This document shows positions 1 through 9,037 of a stretch of DNA of 64,000 nt, in pieces. The notes beneath the pieces are model-generated. The model had not been told where the DNA came from. It saw only the letters and a list, made by a program, of their open reading frames with translations, and ran no database searches. The stretch comes from Pseudomonadota bacterium. Lineage in GTDB: Bacteria; UBA10199; 2-02-FULL-44-16; JAAZCA01. The number at the start of each line of letters is the position of its first letter. The stretch's first letter is position 1. A program made the translations under genes and the position numbers. The DNA lies in the NCBI GenBank assembly GCA_043798915.1, contig JAZDOG010000089.1, positions 1 to 64,000 on the forward strand, given 5' to 3'.

Positions 1-459
1 GCCGGGGAAGATGGCATTGGCGGCCGACTGAAAATAGCCGCGGAAGAAGAACTCCTCCGGGAGCGCGACGAGAAGGATTTGAACGAGTGCGAAATTCAGC
101 AAATTGGGAAACGGTGCCGCCTGAAAATTATGCATCCCGACGGCGAATATCTGCCAGCCGTGGGCGGCGGCTAAGAAAGGCGGGAATAAGATCAGCGCCG
201 CGGCGCCGAATGCGAGGACAGATCTCCAATATTGCCTCGACCCGCGGTCGAGAAAATCCACAGGTCTCTTCCTGAGCCACAGCACGGCGATCGGCACATA
301 GAGGAAGAGGATGGCAATGATCGCAAAGAGCGACTGTCCCAGGATCGATCGGCCGCGCAGGAGCATCAGGATGCGGGCCACCACCAGAAGCGCCGCGGTC
401 ACCACGGCGATCTCGATCGCAAGCGAACGCTTGCTGGAATGTGAATTTATTACTGCCAC
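1..459 (-). CDS. CPBP-family (Abi/CAAX, glutamic-type) intramembrane protease, myxosortase-like; 3' end runs off the window
   Basis: Not in the ORF track because it is partial. Manual translation from GTG at 459: MAVINSHSSKRSLAIEIAVVTAALLVVARILM...LVQILLVALPEEFFFRGYFQSAANAIFPG. Multiple hydrophobic helices and CPBP motif 1 EExxxR. Starts 1 nt after the lgt stop. Confidence 0.8.
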   Translation of the reverse strand, partial: MAVINSHSSKRSLAIEIAVVTAALLVVARILMLLRGRSILGQSLFAIIAILFLYVPIAVLWLRKRPVDFLDRGSRQYWRSVLAFGAAALILFPPFLAAAHGWQIFAVGMHNFQAAPFPNLLNFALVQILLVALPEEFFFRGYFQSAANAIFPG

Positions 460-460
460 T

Positions 461-1243
461 TTATTTAATCCGCGTTCGTTTTCTAAGGTAGACCCACAGG
501 AAGATTCCGCCGAGGAACGTGAGCGCCATAGATATCTGCCCGGTGGAGAGCGCATTCCCGAACCACATCCCGCGATCGGCGTCACCGCGCAGGAACTCCA
601 GCATGAAGCGGCTGACGCCGTAGTAAAGCATGAAGGCTACCAGCACCTGGCCGTAGAATTTTCTGTGTCCGTAGACATAGAGCACGACCCCCCATAGGAT
701 GAGCGCGTTGGCCATGAAGTAGGGTTGGGTCGCGTGGAGCTTCTCGCCAGGGTGATAGTGTCCAGCCGTCGAGTTAGGGTCGTTGAAGACGAGGTGCAGG
801 AAGAAATCGGTCGGCTTCCCGTAGCAGCATCCGACGAGAAGGCACCCCAGGCGGACGAAGAATATGATGAGAGGCACGCCGGTCACGGCCAGATCGAGGT
901 AGCGCCAGGGATCGAGCTTTCTCCTGTGCATATAGATCACCCACGCAAGCGCCGAGGCGAGAAATGCGCCGATCGAGACGAACCCGCCCTCCCAGAAATA
1001 GAGGACCCTGATCGGCTTCTCCCAGTAGTATGATGGATACTCGACGAAGATATGGAAGAGGCGCGAGCCGATGACTGCGGCGACGATCGCTATGATGCCG
1101 AAGTCGAGCATCGCCACGGAATCGGCCTTCTCCCTCTTCGCCATGTGCGAGGCAAAAAACGTTGCGGCGAGCGCACCGATCATTATCATGAAGAAGAACG
1201 ACGGCACCCCCAGGGTGCCGATGTGAAAGAGAAACGACCTCAT
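461..1243 (-). CDS. lgt: prolipoprotein diacylglyceryl transferase paralog (divergent)
   Basis: IGSRLFH, WEGG, RLGCLLVGCCYG, HATQ, RFMLEFLRGD motifs. ATG at 1243 overlaps the lspA stop (ATGA). Confidence 0.85.
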   Translation of the reverse strand: MRSFLFHIGTLGVPSFFFMIMIGALAATFFASHMAKREKADSVAMLDFGIIAIVAAVIGSRLFHIFVEYPSYYWEKPIRVLYFWEGGFVSIGAFLASALAWVIYMHRRKLDPWRYLDLAVTGVPLIIFFVRLGCLLVGCCYGKPTDFFLHLVFNDPNSTAGHYHPGEKLHATQPYFMANALILWGVVLYVYGHRKFYGQVLVAFMLYYGVSRFMLEFLRGDADRGMWFGNALSTGQISMALTFLGGIFLWVYLRKRTRIK

Positions 1244-1767
1244 TTCACCCCCCTGCGGCTGAATGCGGAACAGAGCAGAAAAAGCATCGCAATGGTAATC
1301 GCGCTGTCGGCTACGTTGAACGCCGGCCATTCGAGCCCGATGTGCCGCTGTATCCCAAGCAGGGCGAAATCGAGAGACCTGTCACCGATGTGAAACGAGA
1401 GAAAATCGGTGACGGCACCCAACCGCAGCCTGTCCATCACATTGCCCGCTATCCCTCCGAAGACGAGCGCGAGAGCCACCGGCAGAAGCCTCTCATCCTC
1501 CCCCAGCGTGCGATAGAACATCGCAAGAAGGACGACAGCTGCAACCGCTACGGCGTAGAAGAACGGAACGCGGAACGAGGCCCCGACCTCGGAGAAGAGG
1601 CCGAAGGCCGCGCCGGTGTTCTGAAAGTGGACAAGATCGAAGAACCCTGCGATCACCGGGTATCTGGAGCCGGCCTCGAGCGACGCCGAGACCGCAAACT
1701 TGGTGACCTGGTCCAGAATAAAAACAGCAGGCGCAATAATGAGGAGAAGCTTGTATTTGGTTTTCAT
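1240..1767 (-). CDS. lspA: signal peptidase II (lipoprotein signal peptidase)
   Basis: LDQVTK, NTGAAFG, GNVMDRL, VTDF and FNVAD motifs. Confidence 0.95.
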   Translation of the reverse strand: MKTKYKLLLIIAPAVFILDQVTKFAVSASLEAGSRYPVIAGFFDLVHFQNTGAAFGLFSEVGASFRVPFFYAVAVAAVVLLAMFYRTLGEDERLLPVALALVFGGIAGNVMDRLRLGAVTDFLSFHIGDRSLDFALLGIQRHIGLEWPAFNVADSAITIAMLFLLCSAFSRRGVK

Positions 1768-1779
1768 CGTGGGTTGCTC

Positions 1780-4575
1780 TCAAGTCTTTATCACACCAGC
1801 GCAGCGCGCGCAGATGGCGGGGTGCTCCGAATTGCTGCCTACGCTCTTTGAGTGCTTCCAGCAGCGATCGCACTTCTCACCGCCCGCAGCCTCGACCGCC
1901 ACCTTGAACCCCGGGACATCCTCGCTCGAGAAGATGTACTTTCCGGCGGCCGTTCCGAAAGACACATCGGAGACGATAAAAAGATCCGGCAGCGCCTCGC
2001 CGAAGCCCTCAAGAAAAACCCTCTGGGCTTCGTCGCATTCTATCACGACCTTCGCCGCGAGCGAATTTCCTATGAACTTGTCCGCGCGCGCAGCCTCGAG
2101 AACCTTCGTGACGACCGATCGGAGCACGACCAACCTCTCCCATCGATCGACGAGCGCAGCGTCGGACTCGGGCGCCGCCGGCATATCGGCGAGAAACACC
2201 GTGTCGGGCGCGTCCTTCCTGCGCGGCATCGCGCGCCAGATCTCGTCGGAGGTGAAGGAGAAGATCGGAGCCATGATCCTCGCCATCGAGTCGAGTATCC
2301 TCCACATGGTCGTCTGGGCCGACCGGCGCAAGAGGCCGTCCTTCTTTTCGGTGTAGAGCCTGTCCTTCAGGATATCGAGATAGAACGCCGACAGCTCGAC
2401 GGTGCAGAAACGGCCCAGCGCATGCGAGATGGCGTGGAATTCGAAAGACTCGTAGGAGGCGAGCACCCTCGTGACGAGGAGGCCGAGCTCCGAGATCGCC
2501 CATCTGTCTATCTCGAGGAGATCCGCGTCAGCGACGCAGTCGCTGTCGGGATTGAAATCGCCCAAGTTCCCCAGGATGTAGCGGGCCGTGTTCCTGAGCT
2601 TCCGGTACGCCTCGATGCAGCGCGTGAATATTTCATCCGAGAAGCGGATGTCGTCGCTGTAATCCTCCGCCGCGACCCAGAGCCTCAATATCTCCGCACC
2701 ATGCTTGTTGATGAGCGCTTCAGGCGGGACGTAGTTCTTCGCCGATTTGGAATATTTTTTTCCATCGCCGTCCACCACGAAGCCGTGCGTGAGGACGCGC
2801 TTATACGGGGCCCGCCCGCGCGTGCCGATGGAGGTCAGCAGCGATGTATGGAACCAGCCGCGGTGCTGATCGCTCCCTTCCAGATAAAGATCGGCTGGAT
2901 CCTTTATATTCTCTTCGTTCTCGAGCACGGCCGCATATGAAACGCCGGAATCGAACCAGACATCCATGATGTCCGGCTCCTTGCCGAAATTTTTCTTTTC
3001 ACCGCAGGAGGGGCATTCAAAACCCTTAGGAATGAAGTCGGCAGCCGGATGCGTGTACCATGCGTCCGACCCTTCCTTCTCGAATATCTCCGCAGTGCGA
3101 TCGGCGAGCTCGGGCGTCGTGTGAGAATTGCCGCATGCATCGCAGACGAGTGCGACGACCGGGACGCCCCACAGCCTCTGCCTCGAGATGCACCAGTCGG
3201 GCCGGGAGGCAACCATGCCGCCGATGCGGTTCTTGCCCCACGGCGGAATCCACTCGACGCGATCGATCGCCTCGAGCGCGCGCTTCCGAATATCACTCTT
3301 TTCCATCGATATGAACCACTGGTCCGTCGATCGGAAGACGATGGGCTTCTTGCAGCGCCAGCAGTGCGGATAGGAATGCGTGATGTCCTGGCACTTGACC
3401 AGCGCCCCGACCTCCTTGAGTTTTTCGATGATCGGCTTGTTTGCGGCCTCGACGAAGATCCCCGTGAGCCACGGGAGGCCAGCCTCTTCGGTGAATTTTC
3501 CGCCGTCGTCGATCGGGGCCAGGACATCGAGCCCGTAGCGATGTCCGACGTCGTAATCCTCCTGGCCGTGACCCGGGGCCGTGTGGACGGCGCCGGTCCC
3601 CGCTTCCAGCGTCACATGCTCACCCAGGATTATGAGCGAGTCGCGCTCGATGAGCGGATGGCGGCAGCGTTTGTGCTCTAGCTTTGCGGATGAGGGCTTT
3701 CCGACTATCGTCGAATATTTCCTGCCCACCGCCTCCATGACGGGATCGAGGAGCCCCTCCGCGACTATCCATATCTCGTCGTCCACCTTTGCGGCGACAT
3801 AGGGGAGGTCGGGATTGAGCGCGATAGCCAGGTTGGCCGGTATCGTCCACGGAGTGGTCGTCCAGATGACGAGGTATATCGGCTCATCTTTCAGCTTCCA
3901 TTCCTTGCGGAGCTCGCCGTCATCCTCGAGCTTGAATTTAACGTAAATGGAGGGCGAGGTGTGATCGGCATACTCGACCTCGGCCTCGGCGAGAGCCGTC
4001 CGGCAGGATGCGCACCAGTAGATCGGCTTCTTGCCCTTGTAGACAGAGCCGCTTTTCACGAAGCGCCCGAACTCGCGGACGATCGAGGCCTCGTAATCGA
4101 AGGACATCGTCCGGTAGGGTTTCTCCCAGCGGCCCAGGACGCCCAGCCTCTTGAACTCCTGGCGCTGGATGTCGATGAATTTCTCCGCGTGCTTCCGGCA
4201 CGCGCGGCGGATGTCGACCGGCGCCATCGAGCGCTTGGCCGCACCCATGTCCTTGTCCACCTGAAGCTCGATGGGCAGGCCGTGGCAGTCCCAGCCCGGC
4301 ACAAATTCGCAGCGGAACCCCGCCATGTTCTTGTATTTGACGACGATGTCCTTGAGGATCTTGTTGAGGATCGTGCCGAGATGGAGATGGCCGTTCGCAT
4401 ACGGCGGCCCGTCGTGGAGGACGTAGGTGGGGCACTTGCCCCGGGCCTCGATCATCCGCTCATAGAGCTTCTCCGACTCCCATTTCGCAAGTGCGAGCGG
4501 CTCTCGCTCGGGCAGATTCGCCTTCATCGGGAAATCGGTCTGCGGCAGATTGAGCGTGTCTTTGTAATTACTCAT
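1780..4575 (-). CDS. ileS: isoleucine--tRNA ligase
   Basis: HDGPPYANGHLHLG (HIGH-like), GWDCHGLPIE, WTTTPWT, DWCISRQR, KYSKS (KMSKS-like), C-terminal CDRCW...CARC zinc finger. Confidence 0.97.
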   Translation of the reverse strand: MSNYKDTLNLPQTDFPMKANLPEREPLALAKWESEKLYERMIEARGKCPTYVLHDGPPYANGHLHLGTILNKILKDIVVKYKNMAGFRCEFVPGWDCHGLPIELQVDKDMGAAKRSMAPVDIRRACRKHAEKFIDIQRQEFKRLGVLGRWEKPYRTMSFDYEASIVREFGRFVKSGSVYKGKKPIYWCASCRTALAEAEVEYADHTSPSIYVKFKLEDDGELRKEWKLKDEPIYLVIWTTTPWTIPANLAIALNPDLPYVAAKVDDEIWIVAEGLLDPVMEAVGRKYSTIVGKPSSAKLEHKRCRHPLIERDSLIILGEHVTLEAGTGAVHTAPGHGQEDYDVGHRYGLDVLAPIDDGGKFTEEAGLPWLTGIFVEAANKPIIEKLKEVGALVKCQDITHSYPHCWRCKKPIVFRSTDQWFISMEKSDIRKRALEAIDRVEWIPPWGKNRIGGMVASRPDWCISRQRLWGVPVVALVCDACGNSHTTPELADRTAEIFEKEGSDAWYTHPAADFIPKGFECPSCGEKKNFGKEPDIMDVWFDSGVSYAAVLENEENIKDPADLYLEGSDQHRGWFHTSLLTSIGTRGRAPYKRVLTHGFVVDGDGKKYSKSAKNYVPPEALINKHGAEILRLWVAAEDYSDDIRFSDEIFTRCIEAYRKLRNTARYILGNLGDFNPDSDCVADADLLEIDRWAISELGLLVTRVLASYESFEFHAISHALGRFCTVELSAFYLDILKDRLYTEKKDGLLRRSAQTTMWRILDSMARIMAPIFSFTSDEIWRAMPRRKDAPDTVFLADMPAAPESDAALVDRWERLVVLRSVVTKVLEAARADKFIGNSLAAKVVIECDEAQRVFLEGFGEALPDLFIVSDVSFGTAAGKYIFSSEDVPGFKVAVEAAGGEKCDRCWKHSKSVGSNSEHPAICARCAGVIKT

Positions 4576-5044
4576 CGACACCAAGATTCGTCACAGTGGG
4601 TTCGCCCTTGCGCAGGGCGTCGCCGATCGATTCCAGCACCTCATTCTCCTTGATGCCGGAGCTTTTTAGACGGGCGACGATCGTCTTCACCCGCGAGAGA
4701 GCCCGCACCTCGGTGCGCCCCCCGCCGGGAACAATCTTTATCTCAATCTGATAGTATGAATTGGTCACGCCGTAATCGGGCCTGCCGAAGATCTCGACGT
4801 AATGGGAATCCGAGCTCACCGGCAGCCACGTGGTCGTGAGGATTCCATCCTGGAGGTTCTCGTTTGCAACCGACAGGCCCGCCTTCACAAACGCCCACTT
4901 TGCGGCATAATAGACGTCGTTTGCGCTGGCCGCATAGCTCCGGCTGTATTCGACCCCGTCGGCCCTCACCCTCGCGGAGGCCAGCGGCTTTGAGCAGCCA
5001 AAAGCCGCCAACAGGACGCACAGGATTGCGATGCGACCTTTCAT
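4568..5044 (-). CDS. hypothetical lipoprotein (possibly NlpB/BamC-like fold)
   Basis: Real start MKGRIAILCVLLAAFGC (lipobox) at 5044, overlapping the lgt stop; 3' end overlaps the ileS start. Confidence 0.7.
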   Translation of the reverse strand: MKGRIAILCVLLAAFGCSKPLASARVRADGVEYSRSYAASANDVYYAAKWAFVKAGLSVANENLQDGILTTTWLPVSSDSHYVEIFGRPDYGVTNSYYQIEIKIVPGGGRTEVRALSRVKTIVARLKSSGIKENEVLESIGDALRKGEPTVTNLGVDE

Positions 5045-5844
5045 TTGCCCGCCTCCGCGCACCGGGCCGTTTTCCGCTCCTTGAGATAGAGGGCAAGGCC
5101 CGCAGCAAACATCAGGATCGAGATGAACTGCGATGTGGAGAACCAGCGCCCAACCACGAAGCCTCGCTCGACATCCCCGCGGAAATATTCGTTGAACGAC
5201 CTGAGCACCGCATAGAGCATGAGATAGGAGGAAATCAGTTGTCCATTGAAGCTCTTGAACCTCCTTATGAGGAGGAGGATCAGAAATATCGAAAGCTCGC
5301 CCATCGACTCCATCGTCTGAGCCGGGTAAAGCGGGATGCCCGTGGGCGCGAACGTGCGCGGGCTGGGCTGGAAGACGATCGCATACCAGGCCGGATGGCC
5401 GACGGCCCTGCCGTAGCAGCAACCGGCCAGCAGGCAACCCAGCCGGCCTACCGAGTGTCCGAGCGCAACGGCGGGAGCGAAGATGTCGAACGTGATGAGC
5501 ACAGGCATCCTGTGCCTTCGGATGTACCAGGTGCCGACCGCGATGCTCGCGATCAGCCCGCCGTAGAAAACGAGCCCGCCCTCCCATATCCTGAAGAACA
5601 TGAGCGGGTTCGCGAAAAAGCGCTCACGCTCGCTCACGGCGACGTGCAATATCCGCGAACCGACGATGGCGGCGAGGATGACGTAGAAGGCAAGGTCCAT
5701 CGCCTTGGCCGGGTCCTGGTCGAGCCTTCGGCTTTCGCGCACGATCCATGCGAGCGCGACCAGAAACGCCGCGGCCACCATGACTCCGTAGCTGTAGATC
5801 GTGATGCCGCCGAAAACCGGAATCTTAAAGAGAACCGGATACAT
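5041..5844 (-). CDS. lgt: prolipoprotein diacylglyceryl transferase
   Basis: YSYG, GSRILHV, WEGGLVFYGG, GRLGCLLAGCCYG, YPAQ, EYFRGD motifs. Confidence 0.9.
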   Translation of the reverse strand: MYPVLFKIPVFGGITIYSYGVMVAAAFLVALAWIVRESRRLDQDPAKAMDLAFYVILAAIVGSRILHVAVSERERFFANPLMFFRIWEGGLVFYGGLIASIAVGTWYIRRHRMPVLITFDIFAPAVALGHSVGRLGCLLAGCCYGRAVGHPAWYAIVFQPSPRTFAPTGIPLYPAQTMESMGELSIFLILLLIRRFKSFNGQLISSYLMLYAVLRSFNEYFRGDVERGFVVGRWFSTSQFISILMFAAGLALYLKERKTARCAEAGK

Positions 5845-5903
5845 AGGCGGTTTTTATAAGGAAGTGTCCAAAAGAAGTAAAGCAAATTGAGAACGATGTT
5901 GCA

Positions 5904-6022
5904 GGCTGTTCAAAAAGTGCCAGATGCAAGGCGCCCGACGAACGAGGCCCGAGGCGTACTTGGGTGTACGTTGAGGGTCTCGTGAGGAGGGCAACGCAGC
6001 AGATGGCACTTTTTCAACAGCC
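5904..6022. mobile_element. MITE-like element with 24-bp imperfect terminal inverted repeats
   Basis: Left end ggctgttcaaaaagtgccagatgc; reverse complement of right end ggctgttgaaaaagtgccatctgc. No coding capacity. Confidence 0.7.
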
Positions 6023-6033
6023 AGATACACCAA

Positions 6034-6060
6034 GGGCGGCTGCCCCCATGGCAGCCGCCC
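6034..6060 (-). terminator. GC-rich hairpin downstream of the metalloprotease gene (possible terminator)
   Basis: gggcggctgcc-cccat-ggcagccgccc, perfect 11-bp stem; weak U tract. Confidence 0.5.
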
Positions 6061-6084
6061 CTGTGCGGGTTTGGGAATGGAGAC

Positions 6085-7752
6085 CTATTGGTAGCGGATA
6101 AGTATTCCGAAATTGCCGCTACTCTGGGTCCCCGCCAGCTTCATCGTCTTCGGCAAAGTGGTCATGTTGAAGAACATCAGCGCAGACGGACTGACGTTTG
6201 CCGTGTGAGTTCCGTAATATGTGTTCATATGCACACCGTTCATGACCGTGCCCCTGCCGTCATCCGCATCGCATGAAAGGCAGACTCCATCCCATTTGCC
6301 GGTCAAGCTGTTCTTCGTTCGCGCCTTGTAGATATAGCGGCCGTCCTGGCTGATCCCCTGGTCGGTCATCGCGAGCGCGATTGACCAGCGGGCCATGAAC
6401 TCGGAGAACTGGTTCATTCCGGAGGGGCCGCTGAACGCAGATTCGAGATTATCAACGCCGTGCTTCGAGGTCTTCTCCAGGGCGCTCAAAAAAGCGCTGC
6501 CGTTCGATGACTGCTCATAGAGGTATCTGAGGAAGAGATACGACGCCCCGCGCTGCACGAGGTTCGGCGAGCTCTGCGTTACCACCGCGGAGGTGGAGGG
6601 GCTGGCGAGATACAGCGAGTAGCGCGACGGGTTCTCCATGCCGCAGCCCATCACATCCTCGGTCAGATGCGACATGCCTTCGTTCAGCCAGTTGTCCTCC
6701 GGCATGCCGCCGTTCACGAAAACATGCTGGTTGTAGCTTATGGCATGCTGCAGCTCGTGTGGAAGGACCGCCGGCAGGAGGTTCGACATCGCGAAATTCT
6801 TCGATATCGTCGTGCCGTACTGCCCCTGCGGATCCGGGACCATCGTGTAGATGACCTCCCTGTTGTTGGAGGCCTGGTTGGAAGAGGAGCGATCGTACAG
6901 ATCGCCGGCGTAGAAGTAGCCGGTGATTATTCCGCCGCCGAGCGCGCCGAGCCGATTGATCTGCTTCGTCATCAGGATATGCAGTTTCCCGTCGCCGTCG
7001 ACATCGGAGATTTCACCCAGGAGCTTCTGTTCGTCTCCCGCCACGGAGTCGAAATCGTTGCACAGGGTCTGCACGTCGGCATCGGAGATGATATCGTTGC
7101 CAACCGCCGTGTCCACATAGAACACGACGTTCGATTTAACGCAGCGAACCTCGCCGACCACGTCCACATAGGAGGATGTCGACGAGAGGCTCCCGAGCAC
7201 CCTGAAGGTATCGGTATTTCCGACCGATACGTCCTTCACGCTCATCGCCTTGGAAAAAGAGGAGTCTCCGACGGACTGGATCGGCTCCTCCGTCGACGGG
7301 AGCACTGTCTCAGAGGCCCTGAGCCAAGCGGAGAGCATCTCCTGCGGCCCGAAGCCGTCGCTCTCGTCGCCCAAGGGAGCGACTTGGGCAACCATCCCTT
7401 TGGCAAGGGGATCGAGCTCGGGCAGTGCAAGATCGGTGCTCAGCTGTATCGAAGACAAGCTGCCAGCGGTGGCAGACGAGCCCAGCGTCAGGATGAACTT
7501 TGCCCCGGAGGCGACGCTGCTGAAATCTACAGAAACGCTGCTGCTGCCGAATTCGATAGGCATGATATCGCCCACGGACATCTCGGCTGGCGAACTGAAT
7601 GTATTGGTGATGCCGGTCCCGCCGCCGCTGCTGCCACCTCCAGAACTCTCACTGAGAGTGGACGATGAGTCATTGTAGCCGCCGCACCCGGCAAGGAGAA
7701 AAACCAACATGAAACCAAGGCCCCAACCCCATCCTTTTGGTCCCCTTTTCAT
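6085..7752 (-). CDS. zinc metalloprotease lipoprotein (gluzincin, M30-like)
   Basis: Lipobox FLLAGC, Ser/Gly linker, HELQH followed by WLNEGMS (third zinc ligand). Confidence 0.75.
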   Translation of the reverse strand: MKRGPKGWGWGLGFMLVFLLAGCGGYNDSSSTLSESSGGGSSGGGTGITNTFSSPAEMSVGDIMPIEFGSSSVSVDFSSVASGAKFILTLGSSATAGSLSSIQLSTDLALPELDPLAKGMVAQVAPLGDESDGFGPQEMLSAWLRASETVLPSTEEPIQSVGDSSFSKAMSVKDVSVGNTDTFRVLGSLSSTSSYVDVVGEVRCVKSNVVFYVDTAVGNDIISDADVQTLCNDFDSVAGDEQKLLGEISDVDGDGKLHILMTKQINRLGALGGGIITGYFYAGDLYDRSSSNQASNNREVIYTMVPDPQGQYGTTISKNFAMSNLLPAVLPHELQHAISYNQHVFVNGGMPEDNWLNEGMSHLTEDVMGCGMENPSRYSLYLASPSTSAVVTQSSPNLVQRGASYLFLRYLYEQSSNGSAFLSALEKTSKHGVDNLESAFSGPSGMNQFSEFMARWSIALAMTDQGISQDGRYIYKARTKNSLTGKWDGVCLSCDADDGRGTVMNGVHMNTYYGTHTANVSPSALMFFNMTTLPKTMKLAGTQSSGNFGILIRYQ

Positions 7753-7790
7753 GGCTGGCTCCTTTCCCAAACCCTCTGACCACAGGAATG

Positions 7791-7806
7791 AGCAAGGAAC
7801 GTGCCA
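7791..7806 (-). promoter_or_regulatory. sigma-54 (-24/-12) promoter
   Basis: Minus strand TGGCACGTTCCTTGCT matches TGGCACG-N4-TTGC, 39 nt upstream of the protease ATG. IHF-like TATTAATATGTTA at 7846-7858. Confidence 0.85.
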
Positions 7807-8053
7807 GCCTTCTTAAATTATATTTTACTGCTAAATATGCTTTATTATTAATATGTTAAATCGACATTCCGTAATTACATTTTTTATCTAGACGGGTTAA
7901 ATAAAACCCCTTTTACCATTTTGGGGTGAATCATTATGATAAAAACACAATAACTAGTTGTTATATAAACATCTTTAAAAAATGACCGTATTTTGACTGA
8001 TCTCGTAAACAAATACCCACTTCTCATCAGGGACAAAATAGATTAAAGGGATA

Positions 8054-9037
8054 ATGGGTAACATCTTGAATCAACGATATAATTCAATAAACGAATGGCT
8101 GAGAATCCGCTTCGGCGAACGCGTGTATAAGGTGAGCCTTGAGAGCGGGCTATCCTGCCCCAACCGCGATGGCACAATCGGAAAAAGCGGTTGCATCTTC
8201 TGCAATCTGGAGAGCTACAATCCGGCGGCATCGCCGGAGGGACGGCCCGCCGATGCACCGATCGCCTCGCAGCTTGATGAGGGCATGCGCTACATCCGCC
8301 GCCGCCACGGCGCGGAAAAATGCATCGCCTACTTCCAGCGCGGCTCCAACACGCACGCGCCCGCATCAAGCCTCACACCCCTCTTCGCGGAGGCGCTTGC
8401 CCATCCCGCGGTCAGCGGACTTGCGGTGTCGACGCGCCCTGACTGCATCGGCCCCGATCACGTCGAGATGTTTGAGTATCTTTCGCGGTCAAAACTGTTG
8501 TGGGTTGAACTCGGGCTCCAGTCCGCGCACGACGCTACACTCTCCCGCATCGGCCGCGGACATACGGCGGCACAATTCGCCTCGGCCTGCCGCGCACTGC
8601 AGGACGCCGGCATCTGCGTCTGCGCCCACGTGATTCTGGGACTGCCGGACGAAACCGCCGGGATGATGCTCGATACGGCCAGGTTCCTGAATGAAACAGG
8701 CGTGTGGGGCGTGAAGATACACAACCTGCACGTCCTGCGCGAAACGAGGCTCGAAGAGCTTTATCGATCCGGAGAGATTGCACTCACGCCGCTTGAAATA
8801 TATGCAGGATGGGTGGCCGATTTTCTTGAGGAGCTGAGTCCCAATATCGTCGTGCACAGGGTCAACGGCCACAGCCCGCGAAACCTCACCGTCGCGCCCG
8901 AGTGGTCGGTGAACAAACTCGCCATATTCAATGAGGTGGAAAAAGAGCTGGAGAAGAGGGATACGAGACAGGGAAAGAATTTTATTTGGAGGGCTAACAA
9001 TCACAATGATAACATCAGACAAAATCGGCCGGTATGA
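8054..9037 (+). CDS. TIGR01212-family (YhcC-like) radical SAM protein
   Basis: SCPNRDGTIGKSGCIFC, STRPDC, VELGLQS, RGHT, HVILGLP, GVKIHNLH. Confidence 0.9.
   Translation: MGNILNQRYNSINEWLRIRFGERVYKVSLESGLSCPNRDGTIGKSGCIFCNLESYNPAASPEGRPADAPIASQLDEGMRYIRRRHGAEKCIAYFQRGSNTHAPASSLTPLFAEALAHPAVSGLAVSTRPDCIGPDHVEMFEYLSRSKLLWVELGLQSAHDATLSRIGRGHTAAQFASACRALQDAGICVCAHVILGLPDETAGMMLDTARFLNETGVWGVKIHNLHVLRETRLEELYRSGEIALTPLEIYAGWVADFLEELSPNIVVHRVNGHSPRNLTVAPEWSVNKLAIFNEVEKELEKRDTRQGKNFIWRANNHNDNIRQNRPV

Noticed and set aside
4568..5587. ORF-track 5' extensions (4568-5587, 461-1330, 53511-55004, 26609-27886, 8931 start)
   Set aside because: The extensions overlap neighbouring genes; internal starts match family N-termini or coupling overlaps.
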